Shown in pieces: positions 35,024 to 47,626 of a DNA stretch of 64,000 bases (position 1 is its first letter; each line of letters starts with the position of its first letter). This DNA is from Lophium mytilinum. Taxonomy: Eukaryota. Under the pieces are notes generated by a model. The model was not told the origin of the DNA, did no database searches, and saw only the letters and a list, made by a program, of their open reading frames with translations. The stretch is from positions 1,092,323-1,156,322 of the forward strand of contig MU004194.1 of the NCBI GenBank assembly GCA_010093605.1, written 5' to 3'. A program made the position numbers and the translations under genes.

Positions 35024-35697
35024 CGTGCTGTTTCGAAACGGGCGAGGCACCGGTACCTAGGTATGTGGAGGGGTGTAGTTGTGGCAAGGATGGGAATAGG
35101 TGGCGTTACAGCTACAGCGCGGTTATTGCTGACGATCAGTTTGCTGAATCGGTATCTATCGATCAATATTGGATATAGGCGATATCGCACGTGGCGTTCT
35201 CACGATGATAAGGCCAGCAGGTAGACCTCATGAAGAATGCTTCCATCTATGATGGTCCTGAATTGCGGGAGAGAAGCCATGAAACCGCGTACTCACCTTC
35301 ACCTGTGCGGACAGCGTCGCCACAGGAGTCTCCCTGCGCGACCACGAAAGCTCAAACAGCGCCAGAGAACAAGTTTCCGTGCCGCACAAACATACTGGCG
35401 CAATCTCGGGCTCTCAGCCACTCGATGCGCCCTGCCCGGACTCGCCTCCCTCCTGATGTTGCTCTGCCGTGGCTTTGCACAGGGGTTGCCCGCAGCCTTT
35501 GACGCCGCAGAGCTCGAAAGGGGCTATGATTGGCACCGCTTGCAAGATTGATTGGCGGCCGAGTCTTCCACAGACACCGACGACAGCCTCTTCCTCAGGG
35601 CTCCCCTTTGCCTCTCTATATTGGCTAGATGAACCGTTAGATTATGTACCTCCTGGCGCACAGCGATAACCAGTCTGCCGGCGCCTGATAGGGAGGT

Positions 35698-35723
35698 ACT
35701 TGTAGCACTTGTAGCACTTGTAG
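35698..35723. repeat. Short tandem repeat (ACTTGTAGC)x3
   Basis: Read directly; the third copy is truncated. Confidence 0.8.
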
Positions 35724-36337
35724 GTCAACACGTCTCCCAATTGCTCTTCCTTTACCTCTCTCTCTCGCTCTCGTCAATCTTCCAACAATTCGCAAGCCGA
35801 AGAATGCGCTTTGAATAGCCGCTCCCCACGCTCTTTACGTCCAGCTCGCACATGTCACTCGTTTCGATCTTCGATTACCATTCCAGTCGCTCTGCGCAAT
35901 CACACGCCCACGTCCAGCACGTCTATACTGGGATCACTCAAGCAACCACACACTCGGAATAGCCTCGCGTTCCAAAGGGATCGCTCAGACTATCTGGATT
36001 CCAGTTTCCAATTTGCGCCAGCAATTCTACCAACCGCAGATACACCCGCAATCTATCCTCTCCCCAGTCGTGACTCCTAACCAGGCGCAATCGTCCTCCG
36101 CGGATCTCGACACATTCCAACCCCCAAACTCAACCTTGGAGCTACTCCTGTGATACCACTCGACGTAGTAACTACTACACCCCGCATTCCCGGTTGTGTC
36201 ACCTGCGCGTTTCCCCGGAATATCGCTGTGCAGGGCTATAAATAATACCTCCACCCCGCGCATCATTCATCGTCTTCCCTATTTACGGAAAGACCCAATA
36301 TCTGCCAGCACCTCCACACGACTCACGGAAACACGCA

Positions 36338-36704
36338 ATGGCCGTCGTCCGCGACCCCGCCTTCTGGCGCCGCTTCAGCATGGCCGTGCATCTTGACGAG
36401 GAAGCGCAAAATCCGCAGGCGAGGCCCGAGTTGAAGCATTCGTACGTCCTGCCTACTCTCCCTCCACCAGCCCACGTCCTTTTCCCCATCCATTCTAGCT
36501 CTCTATCTCTCCCCCCGAGAACTATCTTCTGGCGCTCGAAACCGTTGCTAACCCTTCCCCAGCGACTCCTGGCTCGCGCGCCAAAAGACAAAATCCTCCC
36601 GCCGCACCTTCATCTGCTGGATCTTCTGGCTCGTCTTCGCCGGCCTAGTTGCCGGGATCGTCATTGTCGTGCTGTTCTTGAAAGCGAAGGGGATTATACA
36701 CTGA
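36338..36704 (+). CDS. 81-aa spliced small protein with a C-terminal transmembrane helix
   Basis: TATAAATA at about 36237. Exon 1 36338-36441; intron GTACGT..GCTAAC..CAG 36442-36562. Exon 2 reads DSWLARQKTKSSRRTFICWIFWLVFAGLVAGIVIVVLFLKAKGIIH*. Confidence 0.75.
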
Positions 36705-37437
36705 GCGCATGGTTCTCTTCACTACCTCTTCTGAATGGACAACCGTAATGGACTGGCTGATGGGTATGAGTTGGTTGGGATGGACTTGGATGTCGCGGCT
36801 GCTGTGAGCCCTGGAGTTCAACTGTTTGGCGCGGTGCGCCTTTTGGAGTAAGGTGGAAAATTGGGGATGATACCAATGATTCGTTATACATATTAGACTT
36901 TGAAATGAGACAAAATGTGTACGGCTTTTACCGCAGTCTCAGTTGGTTTAAGATAGAAGGAGAAAACTTGTACGATGAGGCTGATACGAATACCAGGATA
37001 CGTGAACGCCCGTTCTGCACCACTTGATGTACGCTGAGGCTGATTAGAACCTGTGTACACCACAAGAACACTGCTTGGGAAACTTCACAGATTCACCGCA
37101 TTATTAAGATTACATACTCAGGGTCATGGAAGTATTCCGAAAAGTCTTGCAGTGGCACATAGTGCATGCAGAGATGATTCTGCACCTAGTGCATCCGATT
37201 CAAGTCCTAATGTACAAATTGGGATATCATTTTCCTGACTTTCCCGCCGAACGCCATGCTCATGCATCGTGGAATCACAAAGCCTAGTAGTCCATCCTCA
37301 TCTTGGTATTGTCCTTGATCTGGAGGTCTCTCATACGAGCGTCGATTGGATAGTCCCTAAGAGCCACCCCCCGCATTAGTACCGAGGCATCCAAGCAGCA
37401 AAAGCAAACCAACACGAAGGTGTCGCAAGTGATACAG

Positions 37438-38176
37438 TTACCGCTTGGCCTGCGCAGCGCCGGGGCTCGGGCTCCTCGACTCGCTACGCGGATCTCTGCC
37501 GCGCTCCTGCAGCCACTTGCGAGTCTGCATGTCCAAGTCGCGCTCCAGTTCCGGAGTCGGCTCCTTCCGGTGGATGAAATTGCAGAAACCACCGCGGACG
37601 CAGCCCTCGCCGCTGTTGAGGCGGCAGCAGGCCTCGCGGAAGTCGGTGACCGGGGACAGTTCGCAGTAGATGGGGCGGCCGCCGTACCAGCGGGAGTTGA
37701 GGGCGTCGCAGGCCGTCTGGGCGTCTTCTTCATACTTGAAGCGTGCGTACACGTTGCCGATGAGATCTGTGATAGCGTTCGCGTTAGTCTGCGCTCGAAA
37801 TACTTGAGGAGTGGAGGACTCACGGTCATTGTTGTTGTCACACACGACAACTTCCTCGATCAAACCGTACTTGATCATCTCGCACCAGAAATCCTCGTAG
37901 AAGTTGTCGAAATGAATCTGGAGCTGCTGGGCGTTCATCTTGCTCTTAGGGTCGTACGCCGGATTTTGATACATGTTCGGGAGGAGGATAGTCTGCGAGT
38001 AGGAGGGCTTGACATGCTTGCGCGAGCAGCGGTCACCGTGACGACAGGCGCCGATCTTGTAGTAGAAGCTGCAATTGACCTGGACGTGGGGTGTTAGCTG
38101 GTGTTTGGAGTCTGAGAGCTGCGCGCCATACCTTATCCTGTTCGGTTCCGAAGATGGAGGCGAGATAGTTAGCCAT
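37438..38176 (-). CDS. U2AF1: Splicing factor U2AF small subunit (U2AF35/U2AF23), 3 exons
   Basis: MANYLASIFGTEQDK|VNCSFYYKIGACRHGDRCSRKH zinc finger, UHM domain and second zinc finger EACCR..CVRGGFCNFIH. Confidence 0.97.
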
Positions 38177-38803
38177 GGTAACAGTCTAGAAAGCGGTGAT
38201 GCAGATGGGTTGTGAAGGACGAGGTCGTCGTCAAGAGAGGTTGTGGGTGGCGATGCAGTTGTCGCGACGCTGAGGTAGGTTTTGTAGCCGACTCACGCAA
38301 GAAGTTGAGTTGACAAATGACGCTCGGACCCCGCCAAGAATATTCTCGAAGTCCGGTTCAAGCTGCCCGCTTCGGTTCAGGATACCCCTTCTTTCCAGCC
38401 TTCTTACCACTTGGCAGAATTTGCAACGATCAGGGCACTACATATAAGAACTAGAGATAAGCTTTCCTACCCCTAGTCGAAAGTCAGCTAGTCTAGTAGT
38501 GAATGCCTGGCCTGCCTGGAGGGATCTGTTGGACTTTAAACGCTAAACCTAAAACCGGTGTCTGCCTGATCTTCGTTTGGCCTCCTTAAATATATAAAAC
38601 TTCGCTTTGCCGTCATTTCCACAGGCTCATTATAGCATTACTCCCCACAAATACAAAGCCTTCTTCATACACCCTCAATCCTGGATATCTCCCGACCTCC
38701 ACGCTCGTTTGCCACCCGAGTCACAACTCTTGTGGTTGCGTACATCATCGGACGTGTTGTTTGTTTTCTTGGTGCTCAGGTCTTGAACAAGTGCAGGAAA
38801 AGC

Positions 38804-41351
38804 ATGGCTCCCAGGCGATCTCCCAAGAAATCATTCGTGAAGCTAGACAATATTGAAGATGGTGAAACTGTCCATCAGGTATGAATTTCAATATCATCTT
38901 CACCAAGCAGCCACGCGGCTTGCTTACACGTTGTCCAGCGCTGTGTTCTCATCTCGGGCCAATGCGAGTCATTCACTAAAGGAGAAGACTTCATCTCAAT
39001 TTCAACCTTAGTTGCCTATGGATCTGATGCCTTCCCTGTTCAGAACTGGCCTGCTGCTGAAGGCCAGTTCAGAGCCCTGATCATTCTCTCTCCCGGTCTG
39101 AACAAGGTCGTCTTGAAGCACCATCACAATGGAGAGCCCCTGGCTGAAGTTTCTTTCGATGTCACCTATATCCCTCTTCTTCAATTCCCACCGCTTCATC
39201 TCGCTATCATGGTTGGAAAGGATTCTCCTCTCCTGATCGACTGCCCTCCGGTAAAGAGAGGTGCTTACTCTACTGCGCATGCCGACCTTGACGGAGCTAT
39301 ATCAAAGCTGCGAATGACAGCATACATGTGGCAAGCACTTACAGCGGAAGACATGCGGGCCAAAGGACTTGGACGTCGATCGTTCCGTTTCGACGAGGAG
39401 TGGGCTGTCGATACGCTCAGTCGCGACTTTCTCCAAGCCACTTATGACGATGACCTCGAGAGCGAGAATGCTATGAGATCGACCGCAAAGGTCCATATTA
39501 TTCGGTCTTCAAAGACTACTAAGGAGCTTCGGAGCGCCAATATCGCCCAGCAGAACCCCAGCGCCAACCGCAAGCATGACCTCTTCGAGTTCTTCTTGGA
39601 TGCATTGAAGGATACGGGGGGCCCCTTCACCTCTTCCGCTCACCCTGTAGTTGCTGGTCTTATCCTTGATGCACACTACTCAGCGAGCCAGAAGATCATC
39701 CTCGCCCACGCTGCTTTGGGTTGCCACAATCCCGACGGTATCTCTTTAGGCATGTTTGGAAGTCACCTCACGTACTCTTGGCCGCGCTTCATCGAAGAAG
39801 TCCCCGCCTGTCTCACAGATACGAGACCGCCAGGAGACAAAGTCGGCAATGACAACGGCGAGTGCGGAACCATGTGGGAAGCGTGCTCGATAGGCCAGGG
39901 TGCACATATACATGAAGTGGGACATGCTTTCGGCTCACCGCACCGTCCTGGCATCATGGAACGCGGGTATGCTCAGGATTGGCCTAAGAACTTCCTACCT
40001 CGCACAGCATATTGCTCAGCCAAGAAGACAGAAGGTGTGGTGGTTACTGCTGAGACACCGAACGATGCCCGCTGGAACCTCATCGATGCGCTATCATTTA
40101 GGGTTCTTCCACATTTCAGACTACCTTCCGATCCTATCTTGCCAGCGAGTATGCGAGACCTCTTGCCCAACGTCCAACTACAGTACGAGGATGACGAAGA
40201 TCTAAAACCCGCGATTGGTATCGAGTCGGCGGTTGGAATTGCGCGAATACAATTCAATGATACTACAGAAGCAACTCCGTCTGTGTCTGAGCCGATGAAA
40301 ATACTTCGGTACACGATGGAAGACCTCGAGAAGCGCTTTGATCGTACGGAGTCTCTGAAGCTTCACGTGCTGGGGATGAACGGCAAAGAGAGGAATGTCA
40401 GCAATGTTTGGAAGATCTTCTCAAGCACGTCGTTTGTTCGCGTACCTGGCACTTCTCTAAAGCTCTACAAGAGGGGTGTGTATGGGGATCGATTTGAGAG
40501 CAGATCAGAGGATGAACGTGTGTGGGAGTGGGCTCAGCTTCTTCACGAGAGGAAGAGTGATGGCAGCCGTAAGATGGCTTCCAACCCTGCCATTCCCCGT
40601 GATATCCTGCTAACTCGCTCGCGCAGTGACACGAGCTGTCAAAGTCGACATGCGTGTAGGTGCCATCTGGGACGGCGGCGTTGTCTACTACGAAGATGGC
40701 CACAAATCGCATTGGGGACCCATGCGCGGTACGGGAGGACACGAACATCACTTTGGTACCTATCTCCACTCCTTCCCGCTTCCAAACTGATACAAACAAT
40801 TTCAGGAGGCGGAAGTTCCGAGGCCATAGACCTCCCGCCAAATGTAGACATCAAGAAGATCGAAGTCAACCGTAAAGACGACTGGGGAGTCATGTCGGGT
40901 GTGCGAATGCATCTCAGCAACGGCGAAGTCAAGGGCCAGCTGAATGCACGAGGGGGGTCGAATGTGATCACGCTGGGTAAGTATTTTGCTTCCCTGCTCT
41001 TTCTCTTACTCAAGCAGCCCACGCAAATGCTGACGACTAGTTGGTAGAACCCGCCCGCCATGAACGCATCATTGGCTTCTACGGCGCAAACGACTGGGGC
41101 CGCAACTTCTCCGGTGTCCTCCAGTTTGGCATAATCACCGCGCCGAGAGACATCGAACTCCCTCCGCAAGTCTACGACTTGCCGGAACTCAAAAACACCG
41201 ATGGTGGCCTAGGTGAGGTAATCGAAACCCTATTTAGTGAACACGTCGAAATAGATATAGGTACTGACGTGTGTAGTAGAACCCAACGCGGGACTCCGAC
41301 ATGGAGGATGACTCGGACCCAGATGGTATGAGCGACGTGACGAGTGTGTAG
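38804..41351 (+). CDS. Putative zinc metallopeptidase (YIL108W-like) with a C-terminal jacalin-like region, multi-exon
   Basis: PPLHLAIMVGKDSP, HAALG, FGSHLTYSWP and HEVGH (HExxH). The GG-rich beta C-terminus ends ..RIIGFYG..FGIITAP. Last exon boundary uncertain. Confidence 0.85.
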
Positions 41352-42932
41352 GAGAGTTTTGAAGAGGTCAACTAACGGGCGTAAAGGTTCTGAGGATTCC
41401 GAGGATGACCTTTAGCTTTACCGTTTCACTGTTGAAACTAGTATGCGCGGACGAGGTACTTGAAGGGAATTGTATGACTAGGGTACTAGAAGTCTCGACC
41501 TGTACAGTATATCACATGTCTGATTTGGATGCTCAGTAATCGACTTCTTGTCTGATCTTATGGGAGTGTATTAGGAGACTTCAGACGGCGGCAAACGCTT
41601 GTTATTGCACGCGAGCTGGGAAACTGAATTCCACGCTTTGGGGACTTACTTCTGATCCAGGTTCGAGGAGCGTCCTAGAGCAACTCTGATGGGGGCAGGC
41701 GCTGGTGACCACCACATGTCTAATCTGCGTGCTCGAAAATGATCATTCCGTTCTAGCTTTCCCGAGTGTGTTAGGGGCCTCTGGCAATGCCAAACACTGG
41801 TTGTTTGCTCGCAGAGATTTGAGTCTAATTTCAGCGGGTCGGGAATTTGACATGCGTCCCGAATTATGGTGTGCTGAGGCATTGGCAAGCGTGAATCTAA
41901 TTTATACGTTCTAGGATGTGACATTTCGATGAGAAACTCTTGCATGTTGGGGAATTTGGGCCGATGGCATACGAATTGTAACGACTAATCTTCACAACCA
42001 GGTCGGAACCAAGATGCGCATATTCAAATGTGTCTAGCGGGTATGAAGAACCTTAAAGTACAAATACCACGCCGAGAAGTACTGCATATGCGCGCTCTAG
42101 TCTGGCTTCAACCCCAGGCTCCTAAACGCTCGGCACTAGTGTGAAGAGCACTCCTAGCTATCAGGGATTAAATGCGGTAAAAGATAGTCTAAACTCCACT
42201 GCATTTAATCCTATGTCGTACTTGGAGTTCAAACGCAGTTGAAAATACCCCATGCAGTCGTAAGGAGTGCCTAAACTTATGCCTTGGTACGACTCCTCGT
42301 CATAAATATCCGTAAACCCGTTCAACGCCGCGTAAGGAGCTTCATGGTTCTCACGGCATTTCGAATAAGAGAGGGCAGCACTCTGGACAAGCCTATGGGT
42401 ACGTTGGAGCCCCACAGACAGTGGAGAGAACCCGTATGGATGTCTTTGGTAAGGCGCTATAGTTGGAGTCCAGCCTCAAGATTTCACTTTCTCACTTCTG
42501 CACCGCTTCCTGTCAGGCAGAAGCGGTAAGGGCTACGGCAGGCGCACGGCGCCTCTTGTATATAGCCTCATGTTCCTCCAGACCTCCCCCTCTCTCTATC
42601 ATCATCTTTCGTCCAATACATCACATACACGGCCTACACTCTTAGTTCCGTGACCCTTCTCTCCTTTATCAACATCTCACAGAGCTACCAAAGAGGCATA
42701 AGATCAGACAGTGAAGCCCTTGCGGACAGCGTTCCCCTAGGGGTCGGTACTACTCACTTCTACACTTCCTGCCTGCCTTCTCAACAACACCTCTCACCAA
42801 CCATTTCACTTGTCCTCTTTCCTTCCTCCAACCAATAATCTATAAAGACCTCATCTCTTTCTCCTCGATCACTCTCCCTAGCTACAACATCTTCCTCTGA
42901 CTTCTACTCGACGACAGCTCAGAAACGTCACG

Positions 42933-43814
42933 ATGGCTGCAAACGCCGGCGTGCAGAAGCACAGAGCACCGGCTCCAACTTGGTTCAGGTAAGTAAGATT
43001 ACGCCCTATAGTTTCAACTCAGTTCTAACAATGAGCAAGGAACGGCTTCAAAGAGACGATCAAATTCATCGTCAGCGGCCCCCAGCAGACGATGGAGGAA
43101 TTCGTCGTCCATAGAGGTATCGCAATCATGCGTAGCCACACAATTCGCCAGATGTGCATGGACAATCCCGATGCGGTCGAGTTCAAGCGTCCCGAGTGGA
43201 ATGCGTCAACATTCAATCTATTCATCGAATGGTTGTATATGCAAAAGTTCTACGTCGCCTTCCCGGAGGGCTCTGATTCGTACACTCCTCTTCTACGAGT
43301 CTATATGCTTGGACGGGAGCTTCGCACGCCGGGTCTGATGACTTTCGCAATCTACGAAATGTGTCGGTATAGCGAAACCCGCGAAGTGCTCTTCAACACT
43401 ACGCATATCAACACGATCTACGGTTGCACGCAGCCAGGAGGTGCGCTCCGGCGTCTAGTGGTCGACCAGTACGCCTGCAGCCGCGATGCAACTCAACTTG
43501 ACAAGATCACCGAGGATAGCGTATCTAAGCAGTTCTTGGGAGACTTGAGTCGCAGACTGCTTAGCAAGAAATCGGTGGTTGATCCCTGTCAGCATCCTCA
43601 AAAGTACCACGCTGGACCCATCGACATGATTGATGTTGATACCGAGAACGCCAACCCCAGCGCCAATGCTCAACCTCGCCCAAGCGTCATAACTACTGCC
43701 AGATCGAGCGCGACAATTCCATCAACTGCAGCCACCGGTAATCCTGGAAGAGTTCCACAGGGGACGCAGGACCTTCCTCTTTTCGTTGCCTCGGACGAAG
43801 AAAGCGACGAATGA
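42933..43814 (+). CDS. BTB/POZ domain protein (2 exons)
   Basis: Short exon 1 with a GTAAGT intron. IKFIV..EEFVVHRGI..FNLFIEWLY..LLRVYMLG and IYGCTQPGGALRRLVVD are typical of fungal BTB proteins. Confidence 0.8.
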
Positions 43815-44592
43815 CAGCTACGGAGGTCTCATTCGGAATATTACTTTGTTTCCGGCATCCGATAGGGCATGGAACTACTCGGGCGATACTCGATTGACCT
43901 CATATCCCACACTATCTTTGATATTTCCATGCTTTCTCTTCTTTCTGGCGTTGACGGGATAGAAAGTTGCTGGAAATTCTCTGCCAAATACTGCAGGTAG
44001 TTTTGATTTTGAACGGATGCAAGCATGAGAGGATGACTGAATGGAAAAGCTTCTTTCTTAGTTGGGGCGAGATATCAATTCCAAAACCATGTACTTTCCC
44101 CACTCAGTCGCACTGCTCGTAATTGATTGCGCAATGAAACATCTGGAAGAGAGCCTTACAGTGACTTGTCATATATATGGTACACTTCCCTATTACGATT
44201 TATGAGGCTTCCTCGTACTATTGGAAACCGGGGGCAGTGCATACGCTTCCAATCTGGGTACACTGCATTACCGCTGTCTGGAGTAGCCTCGGGGTTCTAC
44301 TAGGAGTGCAAAATGCCTTCTTACTCGGAATGTTGAAAATACTATAAGGCTCAGGCAATAGTAAACAAGTGTGTAGATTTCTACAGCGAGTCACTGTAAG
44401 CCTCGCTCGAGCGTGAACGAGGTGTTTTTCTAATTCTTCGAGCTATATCAGCACTTTGTCCCAATAGCCAAAGCGCCGCTCCCCAAGACCCCCAAGACTC
44501 CTAGGCTAACGATGTCGACTATAAAACGCCGCCCCACGGAAAACGTATACTCATTCCCTATACTCCATCAGTATTGTGCCGTATATCAAATC

Positions 44593-45132
44593 CTAAGCAT
44601 CCCCATACGAATCCTCATAACTCGGCAACACAACGTCCCACTCCTCTTGCGCCTCCCCGTCCTCATTCACCTCCACCCTCCTCTTCCCCTTCCCTTCGCG
44701 CCTGTCCCTCTCCTTTCCCCACGAAAAAGCCAACACACCCCCATCCTTCACGTTCCTCGCGCCTTTCGGGCAATCCCCCGCCACCTGCGTCACCTTCTTC
44801 GGTCGTCCCTTCCCTTTCTTCCCCACCCCACTCTCCTCCACATCTTCCATGTCCTCGTCGCCGAAACCGTCCCGCTCCCACTCGCCCGTCACAAAGCCCT
44901 TGCTCAGATCGTTGATATCCACTGGCCGCGCGAGGATGATCTCAGATGGAGAGGACGGGAGGGGGGTGCCGTCGAGAGCTTCGCCAGGACAGGTTTCGCG
45001 CAGCGCGGTGAGGAGTTGAGTCTTTAGCGTGGCGAAGGTCTGGAGGGGGTCGGTGTGGAAGAGGAGCGTTGTTCGGTGGTGTTTGAGGCGCAGGGTCCAG
45101 GCAGTTGGGGTTGGAGGCGTGAAGATGGTCAT
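44593..45132 (-). CDS. Conserved-looking hypothetical protein, possibly ubiquitin-like/Elongin-B-like fold
   Basis: Single 179-aa ATG ORF: TLRLKHHRTTLLFHTDPLQTFATLKTQLLTAL ... PKGARNVKDGGVLAF. Confidence 0.7.
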   Translation of the reverse strand: MTIFTPPTPTAWTLRLKHHRTTLLFHTDPLQTFATLKTQLLTALRETCPGEALDGTPLPSSPSEIILARPVDINDLSKGFVTGEWERDGFGDEDMEDVEESGVGKKGKGRPKKVTQVAGDCPKGARNVKDGGVLAFSWGKERDRREGKGKRRVEVNEDGEAQEEWDVVLPSYEDSYGDA

Positions 45133-45633
45133 TGTGTTCGTGTGAAGGAGGGAGGCGATGGGTAGCTTCGTGGACGGTTTGAGTGAGGTTCGCAGATTCG
45201 CAGGTATGGAGCGTGGCGTGCGTAGATGTTTGCGATGTTGGTGATGATGTCTGCCTGCAGGACGTGAAGGAGGAGCGCGGGGTTAACGTTTCTTAAGGTT
45301 CGCGATAGACACGCGAGATCAGGAGGAATGCCAAGACGCTAGCACATTTGCGGGTGTCCCAACTTACCTACTGTAGTAGATGGAACGTGGATAAAGAAAT
45401 CTGAGACGGGAACATCACTGTGGTGTGTTAGCCCTTTCCCGGGCTATACGGCTGACTCAGCTACTTCCTGTATATATTTTCTCCTTCCGTGCAATAGCTA
45501 GCTTTCTCACCATCATCAATACAGCAGCTTTAAGCCCCACTTCTTGTCTTGATTTATCTTACTGCCGCTCAGTGGTCTTCTCAACTTTAGCATTACATCT
45601 TTTGTTCACAGAAAACCAGTCCCTAACGTTGTG

Positions 45634-46875
45634 ATGAGCTTCCACGATCAAGCAAACACTCGCGCCCACGCTTCTTCCAACTGGCGACGCAGAGACTCAG
45701 GTGGAACGCCTTCCGCTTCTCAGCCAAAAGACACTCAGAACGACTCTGGGCTACCTGATCTAGGCAGATTTCAGGCTACTGAACCAATAAGAAACCGCTC
45801 GGCGGATTTGGGGAGGCCATCCACATTGCAGTCCCTTCCCCAATCATCAAGTGATGATCGAACCGCCCAAGCCATTGCAGACGGTCGTCGAGTTTACGTA
45901 GGGAACCTCCTCTATCATGCGAAGCCAGAGGATGTGGAGGCTCTCTTTAGGGATGGCGACTACACTATGGAACGCATAGTCATGTCCCTGGATCCTTTCA
46001 CCGGCCGAAACCCCTCATACTGCTTCGTTGAGCTAGCGAACAAAGAGCAGGCCAACCGGGCAATGGAGAGCATTAATGGAAGGAAACTCCTAGGGCGGCC
46101 GGTCAAGATCGAGCCAGCTATTCCACGGAAAGCGGATCAGAAGCCACCTTCTGGACCACCGAGCACTCGTAACACACTTCCAGCCCGGTGGGAGCGAGAC
46201 GACGCCCGAGATCATTGGATAGGGGCCGGGCAGTCAGGACGTCGGCTATTTGTTGGAAATCTTCGAAAGCCACGAACCCAAGCTGAGTCGAACGCGGAGG
46301 TCGCACAGCTATTTGCTGGATATTCAATGTGAGTTGCTTTATGTATAGCATCTGTCTTGGTATAGTGGAGGGCCGCAAGTCTGTGAATACTCGTATGTCA
46401 CTGCTTGGGGATTTCTCTTGAGTGGAAGTTTGGCGCGACGTCAAGTACCTTGCCGCGGGATCAGAGCTGCCTCCTACCAGGCGGGCGTCTTGCCACGGGG
46501 CTTCCTCCGACAGTGGGAGTCTAGCTTCCAAAAGTGGTACTCGAACAGTGCTATATCTACGCAGTCAGGCGCATGGTGCATCCTTTTACATTTCATTCCC
46601 GTTCTTAGCGAGTCCAAATGCTGATGACAGCGTCTGATTATAGCGAGGCCATTAGCAAAGTCATTTCGGAACCTTCAGGGAACATGTATTACGCCTTCGT
46701 GGACCTTGCCACCAAAGAAGAGGCCGAAACGGCTGCGCGCGCAGTGGACGGTACTACTACAGCATGGGGGACTATCAAAGTCAACAAAGCTAAAAAGGAT
46801 CATTCGCGGAAGGTCCATGAGCGGGAAGCTTATGATAGAGACCGCGAAGGAGTGAAACTGTCCTCCTGGTGGTAA
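45634..46875 (+). CDS. RNA-binding protein with two RRM domains (2 exons)
   Basis: RRM1: RNP2 VYVGNL and RNP1 PSYCFVEL. RRM2: LFVGNL..YYAFVDL, joined across intron 46329-46643. Confidence 0.88.
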
Positions 46876-47626
46876 CGGATCTAGATAGCAGAACAGAACG
46901 CGGATGGGATGTCTTGACAAACAGACACGATTGGGAGAGTTGTTGTCTCGGCAATTCTAATCCGTGCTACGGGCGGAGAATTAGTACACGCTGATCCTGG
47001 TAGACTTTGACGCGTTGAGTCGGAGGGCTGTCCGACGAAAGCGGCTTGCCGTGTTGTCTGATAGAAGAAGTTCACCTTTTTACGTGAAGAAGTCGGTCAA
47101 AAGGCGTTGTATCCGGTCAATGTTTTCAATAGAGCAGCAGAACAACAGCCCGAATGGCTCGTGATGAGTGCCGAAGCGTGGCGATAGAGTTGGCAGAGTC
47201 AAGGCACATTGGAAGGCGCGATGTGACGCAGGGGTGGGGCTGCTCGATCGGTTACTAGCGCAACTGCCTCCGGGAGAGCTGGCACCTGGGTGTGAGTAAA
47301 CAACACACTTTTGCACCCACGGCCTCTTCACACCTAGATTGGCCCGCCCATCTCCACCACCGCGCCCTATACACTCTACGATTCGCATTCGCCATCATAC
47401 CAGACGCAAGCGTCTCTCCATTCTCGCCTGGCCATTCCCGAAATCTGCGCATTACCCGACTCTCCTCCATGTTTACCGCTTGAGACCAGAGCTTTACATC
47501 CCCATTGCGGCCTTAATTACGGCCTCTTGAGCCTCACTACGCCTTTTGCTCTGGTTCCGCCTGCGCTGTGCGACGCATGTCACGCCGACTGTCATCTGAG
47601 GACCATCCCTCCACTTCGCGCTGGTC

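Noticed and set aside
37420..38097. 225-aa antisense ORF over U2AF1
   Set aside because: Ala/Val-rich shadow frame of a GC3-biased conserved gene, with no recognisable domain.
46618..46640. C/D box snoRNA (TGATGA..CTGA) in the RRM gene intron
   Set aside because: The boxes are only a few nt apart and overlap the branch-site region.
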